A DNA stretch of 61,443 nucleotides, counting the filler. It is 9 parts of 9 records of this genome, joined end to end, with 100 filler letters (N's around TTAATTAATTAA, not from the genome) between each part and the next. Parts side by side here need not be neighbours in the genome. Positions count along the whole stretch, not along the records: positions 40,823 to 48,935 come from SRR31147125_91896; positions 49,036 to 55,732 come from SRR31147125_91900; 7 more parts are not named here. One strand, written 5' to 3'. Below are positions 44,857-53,652 of the stretch, piece after piece (positions within the stretch are counted from its first letter, which is position 1; the number at the start of each line of letters is the position of its first letter). The position numbers were made by a program, and so were the translations under genes. The notes below the pieces were generated by a model that was not told the origin of the DNA, searched no databases, and was given only the letters and a program-made list of their open reading frames with translations.

Positions 44857-46026
44857 ATGATTGCCTTAAAATTAGCATATCGCAATCTCGTCGGTGCCGG
44901 TTTGCGGACATGGTTGAATGTTATCGTACTTTCCTTCTCCTATGTCGTGATCATCTGGCACAGTGGACTTTTGGAGGGCTGGAACAGGCAGGCGCGTCGG
45001 GATATGATCAATTGGGAAATAGGTGGCGGACAATACTGGCAAAAAAATTATGATCCTTATGATCCGTTTACCATCGCAGACAGCCATGATATTTTGCCGA
45101 AGAATATCCGGTATGGTGTAATTGCCGGTCAATTGACACCTATTTTGATCTCACAGGCAACAATCTATCCTGATGGCCGCATGTTAAGTGTTTTAATGAA
45201 AGGAATAGATCCGGAACAAAAAATATTAGAGATGCCGGCCTCAAAGCTTAGAACCGATATAGAGGAAATCCCGATTATGATCGGCACCCGCATGGCGAAA
45301 AATATCAAACTAAATATCGACGATTACGTGACCGTTCGCTGGAGGGATGCTAACGGAGCCTTTGACGCAGCTGAAGCAAAAATTGTGCATATCTTTAAAA
45401 CAAATGTACCTGTTTTGGATATTAGCCAAATCTGGGTGCCCCTTGAAAAACTCAGGAGTATGCTGCAAATGCCTGAGGAAGCGACCATCGTCGTAAGTGA
45501 AAAAAACACATCCTTTGAATCGGTTCCCGGCTGGAATTTTAAAGATCATGATTATTTACTGGCCGATATGGATCAAATTATAGAGCGTAAAAAGGTCGGT
45601 GGCTCCTTTTTGTATATAATACTTTTACTGTTAGCCATGTTGGCTATTTTTGACACGCAGGTTCTTTCTATTTTTCGCCGACAACGAGAAATCGGTACGG
45701 ATATGGCATTAGGGATGACACGCGGGCAGGTGATTCGGCTTTTTACCATTGAAGGCGCCATGCATGCGATTCTTGCGGCTATTATGGCTGCACTTTATGG
45801 TATTCCGCTTCTATCCCATCAGGCAATAAAAGGATTCAGCATGCCACAGGGATCAGATGACTATGGACTGGCCATTGCGGATAAAATTTTCCCGGTTTAT
45901 AGCTTTAAACTGATCCTGGGAACCATATTAATCGTGCTGATAACGGCGACAATTGTTAGTTTTTTACCAACAAGAAGGATAGCCAAAATGAAACCAACAG
46001 ACGCCATAAGGGGGAAAATACAATGA
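44857..46026 (+). CDS. FtsX-like (LolC/E) ABC permease
   Basis: LAYRNL, RQREIG..ALG, P.RRIAKMKPTDAIR. Confidence 0.88.
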   Translation: MIALKLAYRNLVGAGLRTWLNVIVLSFSYVVIIWHSGLLEGWNRQARRDMINWEIGGGQYWQKNYDPYDPFTIADSHDILPKNIRYGVIAGQLTPILISQATIYPDGRMLSVLMKGIDPEQKILEMPASKLRTDIEEIPIMIGTRMAKNIKLNIDDYVTVRWRDANGAFDAAEAKIVHIFKTNVPVLDISQIWVPLEKLRSMLQMPEEATIVVSEKNTSFESVPGWNFKDHDYLLADMDQIIERKKVGGSFLYIILLLLAMLAIFDTQVLSIFRRQREIGTDMALGMTRGQVIRLFTIEGAMHAILAAIMAALYGIPLLSHQAIKGFSMPQGSDDYGLAIADKIFPVYSFKLILGTILIVLITATIVSFLPTRRIAKMKPTDAIRGKIQ

Positions 46027-47297
46027 TACGATTTCTGTTAAAGGGATTGGCGCGTGATCATCACCGAAGCTTATTTCCCATCCTGGTTGTTACTCTTGGT
46101 GTCGCATTGACTGTATTAATGCAATGTTGGATAACCGGGATGCTGGGTGAACTTGTCGACAATAATGCCACGTTTTTAACCGGGCATGTCAAAGTTATGA
46201 GTCGGGCCTATGCTGAAAATGTGGATCAAATGCCCAATGATCTGGCCCTAACGGGTGTCGACGATCTGATAAATAATCTGGAGACCGAATTCCCGGACAT
46301 GACCTGGGTCAAACGCATCCGATTTGCCGGGCTTTTGGATGTTCCTGACGAGTTTGGAGAAACAAAAGTTCAAGGGCCAGCTGTTGGCTGGGCCGTGGAT
46401 TTATTGTCAGAACAGAGTGAGGAAATAAAAAGATTAAACATAAAAGAATCCCTGATACGCGGACGGCTACCCCATAAGGCCGGAGAAATTCTCATCAGTG
46501 ACGAATTAGCCACAAAATTTGGTATTGAGCCGGGAGGCATTGTGACTCTTTTGGGCTCAACCATGTATGGCGGCATGGTCATGCAAAATTATACCATATC
46601 TGGCACCATCTTGTTTGGAATAGGTGTTATGGACCGCGGCGCTATGATCATGGATGTTACAGATGCTCAACTGGCGCTGGATATGGAAGATGCTACTGGC
46701 GAAGTCCTGGGATATTTTAAAACCACCTTATATCATGATGAAAAGGCAGATCAGATTGCAAGCCAATTCAACGCGCACTATTCGGATTCAAATGACGAGT
46801 TTTCTCCCATCATGCTAAAACTTAAAGATCAGAATGAACTGGCAGGTATGTTGGATTATATGGAAAGCATGAAAATGCTTTTTATTTCATTATTTGTCCT
46901 TGCCATGTCCATTGTTTTGTGGAACGCCGGGCTTATTGGTGGATTACGGCGCTATGGTGAGGTGGGCCTGAGACTGGCAATCGGAGAGCATAAGGGCCAG
47001 GTTTACAGATCTATGATTTATGAATCCATTTTAATCGGCTTCTTTGGATCAGTTTTCGGTACGGTTATTGGCTTAGCTTTCGCCTATTATTTGCAGGTCA
47101 AAGGTATTAATATCGGTGCTTTTATGAAAAACGCCACCATGATGTTGCCCAATATTTATCGTGCTCATATTACACCGGATGCTTACTATATCGGATTTTT
47201 ACCCGGACTTTTTTCAACTGTACTGGGCACCGTGTTATCCGGGATCGGCATTTACAGAAGAAAAACCGCACAATTATTTAAGGAGTTAGAAGCATGA
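46023..47297 (+). CDS. FtsX-like (LolC/E) ABC permease
   Basis: One TM, large periplasmic domain, three TMs; RRYGEVGLRLAIG. Confidence 0.85.
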   Translation: MIRFLLKGLARDHHRSLFPILVVTLGVALTVLMQCWITGMLGELVDNNATFLTGHVKVMSRAYAENVDQMPNDLALTGVDDLINNLETEFPDMTWVKRIRFAGLLDVPDEFGETKVQGPAVGWAVDLLSEQSEEIKRLNIKESLIRGRLPHKAGEILISDELATKFGIEPGGIVTLLGSTMYGGMVMQNYTISGTILFGIGVMDRGAMIMDVTDAQLALDMEDATGEVLGYFKTTLYHDEKADQIASQFNAHYSDSNDEFSPIMLKLKDQNELAGMLDYMESMKMLFISLFVLAMSIVLWNAGLIGGLRRYGEVGLRLAIGEHKGQVYRSMIYESILIGFFGSVFGTVIGLAFAYYLQVKGINIGAFMKNATMMLPNIYRAHITPDAYYIGFLPGLFSTVLGTVLSGIGIYRRKTAQLFKELEA

Positions 47298-48025
47298 GAT
47301 TCCTGGCCATTTTACTTTTAATCACTTCATCACTTTACGCTCAAAATCCTTCAGGTGAAGAGATTTTACAAAAAATAGATGAAAATCTGTCATCACGTAA
47401 TCGCATATTCACATCAAAAATGGTGATTCATGGTCGGCGGGGCAGCCGGACAATTGCATCCAAATCCTGGGCAGAAGGGGATGCCAAAGCCTTTACAGAA
47501 TACCTGGCACCGGCACGGGAAAAGGGCGTCAAAATGCTCAAACTGGAAGATAAATTATGGATGTACTCACCAGGTACTGACAGGACTATCCAGATTTCCG
47601 GGCATATGTTGCGGCAATCGGTAATGGGCTCAGATCTGTCCTATGAAGATATGATGGAGGATTCTAAATTAGCAGATCATTACCTGGCACACGTCATTAA
47701 TAACGAATCTATAAATGATCGACCATGTTGGGTGGTGGAGCTGACTGCAAAAACATCGGATGTGGCCTATTTTTCACGAAAAATTTGGGTGGACCAGGAA
47801 CGATACATCCCCTTAAAAGAAGAATTGTACGCCAAAAGCGGTAAAATGCTGAAAAGAACAGATCTCTACGATGTGGCCAATGTCCAGGGACGCTGGTTTC
47901 CACGCCGGATTCTGTTCAAGGATGTACTGAAAAAAGGCAAAGGCACGGAATTTATTGTCGAAACTATTCAATTTGATGTGATCATACCGGATCATGTTTT
48001 TTCAAAGGCGGTGTTGAGGAAATAG
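47294..48025 (+). CDS. LolA-like outer membrane lipoprotein-sorting protein
   Basis: Signal peptide, APAREKGVKML, LWMYSP, MGSDLSYED, KIWVD. Confidence 0.85.
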   Translation: MRFLAILLLITSSLYAQNPSGEEILQKIDENLSSRNRIFTSKMVIHGRRGSRTIASKSWAEGDAKAFTEYLAPAREKGVKMLKLEDKLWMYSPGTDRTIQISGHMLRQSVMGSDLSYEDMMEDSKLADHYLAHVINNESINDRPCWVVELTAKTSDVAYFSRKIWVDQERYIPLKEELYAKSGKMLKRTDLYDVANVQGRWFPRRILFKDVLKKGKGTEFIVETIQFDVIIPDHVFSKAVLRK

Positions 48026-48041
48026 GGTATAACTTATAAAT

Positions 48042-48067
48042 TAACAAGGGGCTTAAGCCCCTTGTTA
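48042..48067. repeat. 26-bp perfect palindrome (REP-like element or terminator)
   Basis: TAACAAGGGGCTTAAGCCCCTTGTTA. Confidence 0.7.
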
Positions 48068-48641
48068 GTTCTTTGTTGATGTAGCACAACTTTTCATCCA
48101 CAATTAAGTATTTGACATATTTTTAAAAATTTCCCGGGACTTCCAATTAACCAGAACCTCTGCTCACCACATTATCCAACACCTATCAGCCAATTCCTGC
48201 CACACATTTAATTAAAATAATTTTTTTATGATTCATGCGTGACGTGTTAAAACGGGTTATGAGTTTTTTGTTCATTTTATTAATAACAAAAAAACATTTT
48301 AATCATCGACATTAAAGAGAATTGTTTTAAAAAAGTGTGTATTACAATTCCCTGTTCAATTAAAGTGTCCCATTTATGCATCAAAATCAACATTTTCAAT
48401 TTTTTCATTGTTTGTGTGGCATAAACGCCACTGTAGTCAATGATATAATCATAATAATATCAACAAATTAGAAACATGCTAAAAATTCACTCATTTCATA
48501 CAGCATAGCTTGCATGGTATATTTATTGCGATAGTATATTCAGATCAATAGTTTCTGATTTCAATGATAACTACAAATTACAAAATAATAGAATAAAATC
48601 GTCCAAACAAATATTTACCTTCACTCAGAGGAGAAGCAATA

Positions 48642-48935
48642 GTGCGAAAATTAAAAAGTATCACCTTTTTTGCATCGATGTGGATGGTTATTGCGTGCGG
48701 AACAGTATGGGCGCAAGAACGAGTCGAGTTTAAAAAAGATAAAATTGAAGCCAAGGTTGGCGAGTCAAAAAAAGTAGATGCTGTCTACTATAACGAGTCT
48801 GGTAAAAAAGTAAAGGTAAACTTTACCTGGCGCGTGGAACCATCAACACTGGGTACGATCGACAATACAGGTCGGTTCAGGGCTGCCGCTGCAGGAAATG
48901 GCACCATCTATGCGCAGTATGGAGAACAGACTGGT
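48642..48935 (+). CDS. Secreted protein with bacterial Ig-like domain, 5' fragment
   Basis: GAGGAG RBS, signal peptide, FTWRVEPSTLGTIDNTGRFRA...GTIYA. Confidence 0.6.
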
Positions 48936-49035
48936 NNNNNNNNNNNNNNNNNNNNNNNNNNNNNNNNNNNNNNNNNNNNTTAATTAATTAANNNNNNNNN
49001 NNNNNNNNNNNNNNNNNNNNNNNNNNNNNNNNNNN
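48936..49035. other. Artificial contig linker
   Basis: N44-TTAATTAATTAA-N44. Confidence 0.99.
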
Positions 49036-49528
49036 GAAAATACTCGTATACCCTTCCCACCACATCCTCCTGGGGGTTGGCCATGGTATCGATATTGGAA
49101 ATGGAATCGATCAGGGCGGACAACTTGCTGGGATCCAGGCCCAGCCGTGAAAAATAATTGTCCGGCAGGGCGCCTTTAAGGGAGGTATTGTTTTTCTCCA
49201 CGGTATGCAGGGCCGTATCCACCTTGACGGCGATGTCATCCTGCTTGGCCTGGCTTTGAATAAAGCTCCAGCGAGCGGTTTCTGGCAGAAAAAATACATT
49301 TTTCATGGTGTAAAATTCCACCATGTCAACGTAAGTTTCATTGCCCTCGTCTATGAGTTCTTTGCGTCGCAGTTCAAACTTGTCACTGACAAATTTTAAA
49401 AATATCAGGCTCAGCACCACATGCTTGTATTCCGAGGATTCCACGGTTCCCCTAAGCTTGTTGGCGGTATCCCACAGGGTTTCTTCAAAGCTTTTCTTAT
49501 CTTTCTTAACGGCTTTCTTCTTAGCCAT
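49036..49528 (-). CDS. hsdM: Type I restriction-modification methyltransferase HsdM, 5' fragment
   Basis: LWDTANKLRG, EYKHVVLSLIFLKFVSD, FFLPETARW, DVVGRVYEYF. Confidence 0.93.
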
Positions 49529-49639
49529 ATCTATATTCGTTTCCTTTTTATTCATTCTGCTTTTGGCCGGCCGGATTTATCAGGCGGCTGCTACAAACTG
49601 GGGTATCAGTATTTCCAGCGCCTGTAAAGCCTATATCCT

Positions 49640-50770
49640 TTACACGCTTTTAAGACTGTTAATGAGCCCTTGGGTGTGGGTCAGGCAGTCATGCATGCGC
49701 CACACCTCCCAGCCATGGGTTTCAGCAATAGAGGCGGCATGCTCGGATATCACAATGCAAATGCGCTTGCCCGGCCAGCCGAGTTCAAGCTGGGCCTGGG
49801 CATTCCCCCTGGTGTCGGTCAGCTCAAAACCGATTTCCGGCAGGTTGACCCTGCTTCTTTCAAGGATATTGATGACACCAAACAGGGCGGGATCTGCCAA
49901 TGCATAGACGTCTTTCCATAGGGTGATGGAATTAATGCCCTGAATTCTCCTGATTTGAGTAAGCCGGACCGTGTCATCCCGGGAGATAAACAGATGGGTA
50001 TGGCAGGGCTGCTTTCTGTGGCAGTCCAGGCAGAGCGGCCTTAAATTTTGGTGCCGGTTGTCATGCTTAACCCCGTTGACATGGTGGACCTGAAGAAACT
50101 TTTTGTTTTCACTCAGGTCCACACCGCACTCCTGGCAGATATACCGGCTTTCCTCTTTGATTTTTTGGGAAACAACAGGCCAGTCTTCTGTATAGTTAGA
50201 ATTTTTAACATCAGCCACGCCTGAAGGGGTGTGTTTAAAAAAAGAGCTGTATTTATCAAAGAAATCCCCAAGGTCAAAGGCGTTGAATATGCCTGATTTA
50301 TTCCCGTGCCGATATCCCTGGTAATTCAGATGGGTAAGGCATAGTTTGCATACTTTCAGCTCTGTAACACCTTCAAGGGGTTTGTTTGTTACCCAGTCCT
50401 GGCCGGATATGGAAAACTTCCCCGTTAGATCGTTGGTCACAACATAACGGTCAAATCGGCCTTTTTTTCTCATTTCTTCAAGCTTGCTGCAATTAGCAAT
50501 ATGATACTTATTCCCCTGGCTTCCATCACCCAGTGCCTTACCGACCCACCTACTATGATCTTTTATATACAGCAGGACCTGCCTGCCTTCATAGCCTGCC
50601 AGGCCGGTTTTAAAATCAATCTGGTCAAGACTTAACTCATGCCCTTCCTTAAGGGCCTTATCAATTGGGTCTATAGCTCGAACCCTATTGCCAAGGGAAA
50701 AATCGATTTCTTCGGCGCCCATTTTTTTTACAGCCAGCCACAGTGAGGAGAGATCAACGTTGAGTTTCAT
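49640..50770 (-). CDS. zorE: Zorya type II effector ZorE (HNH nuclease)
   Basis: CQECG...LQVHHVNGVKHDN...NLRPLCLDCH; abuts zorB. Confidence 0.82.
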   Translation of the reverse strand: MKLNVDLSSLWLAVKKMGAEEIDFSLGNRVRAIDPIDKALKEGHELSLDQIDFKTGLAGYEGRQVLLYIKDHSRWVGKALGDGSQGNKYHIANCSKLEEMRKKGRFDRYVVTNDLTGKFSISGQDWVTNKPLEGVTELKVCKLCLTHLNYQGYRHGNKSGIFNAFDLGDFFDKYSSFFKHTPSGVADVKNSNYTEDWPVVSQKIKEESRYICQECGVDLSENKKFLQVHHVNGVKHDNRHQNLRPLCLDCHRKQPCHTHLFISRDDTVRLTQIRRIQGINSITLWKDVYALADPALFGVINILERSRVNLPEIGFELTDTRGNAQAQLELGWPGKRICIVISEHAASIAETHGWEVWRMHDCLTHTQGLINSLKSV

Positions 50771-51490
50771 TTATCCCGCCTCTATAATTTTCCTGATTTG
50801 AATATCCGCGTTGGTAATGACACGGAAAGAGACCCGGCGGGACTTCTGCTTGTTTTCGGTGCCGTCCGCATTTAGCTTTAAGCGGGATGATGACAGCCCC
50901 ACAGCGGCAAATGATGATTTTATCCAGGACTTTTGCTCATCATGCAGTACCGGTAAAAAATAGGCATAGTTCAAGACACTCAATGTCCTGTCCTGGGACA
51001 GCATCATGTTTTGGAAATATGCGTTGTGCAAGTCTTTTTCCATCCCCCATTCGGAAGAGGTGTGGCCTTCAATCCTGATCTCGTCAATACTGGCCTTGTA
51101 TTGCTCCAGAACGTCAAGGTACCGGGGGATGAAATCAGTCAGAATCGTCTTGAACTCCTCTTTTAGCGAACTTTTTCCAGAATCGAACAGCACTTCAGGT
51201 GAGTTAAACTGGAACGCCAGGCTTTCCTTGTCAATGGATGCCTGCCACTGCTCAAGATCATCCTTGAATTCCAGATTAAGGGCATCAAAAATGGCCACCT
51301 GATTTTCCTGGTAAGCCACGGCCACATCTTTTATTTTATCCCGTTCGATTGTGGTATGGCGCATATAGGCGATGGCAATAAACAAGAATACCATCATCAA
51401 TCCGGCCATAAGGTCCGAAACCGTCAGCCAGTGATCTCCGTCATTTGTGTCATTTACCCTGGAGGGCATTGTGCTCTGTCCAAATTCCAT
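50771..51490 (-). CDS. zorB: Zorya ZorB (MotB/OmpA-like)
   Basis: TM WLTVSDLMAGLM with the conserved Asp; IEGHTS, LSQDR, SRRVSF. Confidence 0.88.
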   Translation of the reverse strand: MEFGQSTMPSRVNDTNDGDHWLTVSDLMAGLMMVFLFIAIAYMRHTTIERDKIKDVAVAYQENQVAIFDALNLEFKDDLEQWQASIDKESLAFQFNSPEVLFDSGKSSLKEEFKTILTDFIPRYLDVLEQYKASIDEIRIEGHTSSEWGMEKDLHNAYFQNMMLSQDRTLSVLNYAYFLPVLHDEQKSWIKSSFAAVGLSSSRLKLNADGTENKQKSRRVSFRVITNADIQIRKIIEAG

Positions 51491-51493
51491 CTG

Positions 51494-53257
51494 TTAATGC
51501 CTTGTTATTCTTTCCATTCGGGAAACCAGCTCTGAATAGTCCTGGACAAACTGGTTGCTGATTTGAGCCAGGGCTCTTCCCATCTCACTCATCACCCGGT
51601 TAATTTCCTGCTGCATGCTTTGATCTACCATGGCAAGCTGTTTTTCAACCGCTTCACCGGTTTTGCCGACTTGATTTTGAAGTTCCCTGTCAATACTTGA
51701 AAAGGTCTTGTGCATCTGCTGTGTTTGAGCAGCAAATACACTGTCCAAAGAAGACTCCAGCCGTCTTTGCATCTCCTCTATGGTTTTGACAACATGATCC
51801 CGGGCCGAGGAGGTATCCTTTTCAAGGACCTGGTTGGCTTGGACAAAATTCTGGGTCATGGCCTGGGAGTTTTCCACAAGGTTGTGAAGCATTTCCCGGA
51901 CATGGCGGTTGAGATCATCCACTGTATCTTTAAAATGATTTTTTATGACTTCGGATTGTTCTGTAAGATGGTTAGCGGTTTCCTGCAGGCCTTCATTGGA
52001 GCGATGCATGTTAGTGGAAAACGATTCGGCACTTTCAGACAGTTTAATCCCTATGGTATCAACACCGTCCTTGGTATTGGAGACGAATTTATCCAGCAGA
52101 TCCGATGATGCGCTAACGTGATTCTGGATATATTTATCTGATTCAACAAGCAAGGCCTGGTAGTGCTGGCTGGCGGTCTCTACGGAGCCTGCTATTTCCT
52201 TGACGGTTTCATCAATTTGTTTTCGGATCTCGGGAACCGCCTCAACAGCTCTGTCCCGGATATCCTTAAAGGCTTCCAAATGCTTTTCAAGCTCGGAGAG
52301 TTGGTTCTGGTTGACCTCAATGATCTGTTTAAGATCGTTCATGGTCTGGGGTATGGCTTTTGACTCAGCACTGATGGTTGAGATAGAGGCTTCGGTAGCT
52401 GAAATCAACATCACCCCCTGTTTATACTGTTCCGTCATGTCGGCCATCTGAACCTTATAGTTTTCCTGCCAGACGATCAGTTCTTTTACCGCTTCGTTGA
52501 GCTGTTTAAAATTATCTCCAAACTGTTCGGTCAAATTATTATTAAAATCGGATATAACTTTTTTCAGGGCTTCGATAACCGCCTCAGTTGCGGAATTGGC
52601 CATCATATCTGCAAAATCCTGAAGTTTCAGCCAAAGTTTATCTGAAAACTTTTTAAAATCTTCGATCCGGCCGGACAGGTGTCCTTCTATTTTTTTAAAG
52701 CTTTCACCTGCCTCCTTCTGGGAATTCTGTAAAATTCTGAAATTATCCGTACTATCACTTCTTAAAAGCTTGATCTGGCCCAGCATAGAGCCGTCGCTTT
52801 CTTCTCCGATCACGGAAACCAGTTTGTTCAAAGAATCATTTTGTCGATTGATGGCTTCAAGCATATCCTCAACCGTTGCGGATTCAACAACCTTTGCTTC
52901 ATTTTTCGAAGATAAAATGCCTGTTGCCTGAACAATCTTAAAAATAATGGATGACAATATCCCGAACAGGCTGGTCACAAAAGCAGTTTTAAGGCCAAAG
53001 AGAAGCCCCTCAATACTCCCGTCAATATTGGATGAGTCAAACCCCAAAAGTCCGATGACGATGCCTGTAAACGTCCCGAAAATTCCAAGGGAGGTCAGCA
53101 AAGCAGGGGCATAGGAAACAAACTGGTTTTTCGGGTCGTTTTTTCGAAGACAAATCAGCCCATAAGCAAATGCCAGAAAGATTGCAATGCAGACTCCTTC
53201 TGATATTTGTGCTGATGATATATTCCGTAATAATTTTTCTATATTTGCCGCAATCAT
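51494..53257 (-). CDS. zorA: Zorya ZorA (MotA/TolQ-like TMs + long helical tail)
   Basis: LTSLGIFGTFTGI, GLKTAFVTSL, then more than 450 aa of coiled-coil-like tail (DFNNNLTEQFGDNFKQLNEAV). Confidence 0.88.
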   Translation of the reverse strand: MIAANIEKLLRNISSAQISEGVCIAIFLAFAYGLICLRKNDPKNQFVSYAPALLTSLGIFGTFTGIVIGLLGFDSSNIDGSIEGLLFGLKTAFVTSLFGILSSIIFKIVQATGILSSKNEAKVVESATVEDMLEAINRQNDSLNKLVSVIGEESDGSMLGQIKLLRSDSTDNFRILQNSQKEAGESFKKIEGHLSGRIEDFKKFSDKLWLKLQDFADMMANSATEAVIEALKKVISDFNNNLTEQFGDNFKQLNEAVKELIVWQENYKVQMADMTEQYKQGVMLISATEASISTISAESKAIPQTMNDLKQIIEVNQNQLSELEKHLEAFKDIRDRAVEAVPEIRKQIDETVKEIAGSVETASQHYQALLVESDKYIQNHVSASSDLLDKFVSNTKDGVDTIGIKLSESAESFSTNMHRSNEGLQETANHLTEQSEVIKNHFKDTVDDLNRHVREMLHNLVENSQAMTQNFVQANQVLEKDTSSARDHVVKTIEEMQRRLESSLDSVFAAQTQQMHKTFSSIDRELQNQVGKTGEAVEKQLAMVDQSMQQEINRVMSEMGRALAQISNQFVQDYSELVSRMERITRH

Positions 53258-53652
53258 GATACTACTAAATTAATCCTTTCAATTAGTAATCTATAGTCAA
53301 GCCTGTGTGAATAACATTCTTTCATCTCCCTGTAAATCAGAGAAAACCCCTAGTTGGATATTTTTTTATAAAATTCAGCTCCTTCAGGAATCAAAGAGAA
53401 CCGATTATACGCCAATAAAAGCGGCTTTATTTGCAAGGATCAAAGTAGAATAAGCTGGCTTGTCTATTTATTTTCAAGGAATGAATTTCTGTGTCTCTCT
53501 GGATTCAACAGTATTATTTACCACCCGCATTCTTTAGGCTTGCCTGTTGAAAAAATCGCTGCTTTGTCATAATAAGGTAGAAAAAATATGAAAATTGTGC
53601 GTCTATTTCTTGATAGTTGAATTTGGCAGGTAGCTGATAATCGGAGGATGAT

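Noticed and set aside
50771-53257. Flagellar MotAB or chemoreceptor
   Set aside because: The long tail on the MotA-like protein, the adjacent HNH gene and the RM context fit Zorya
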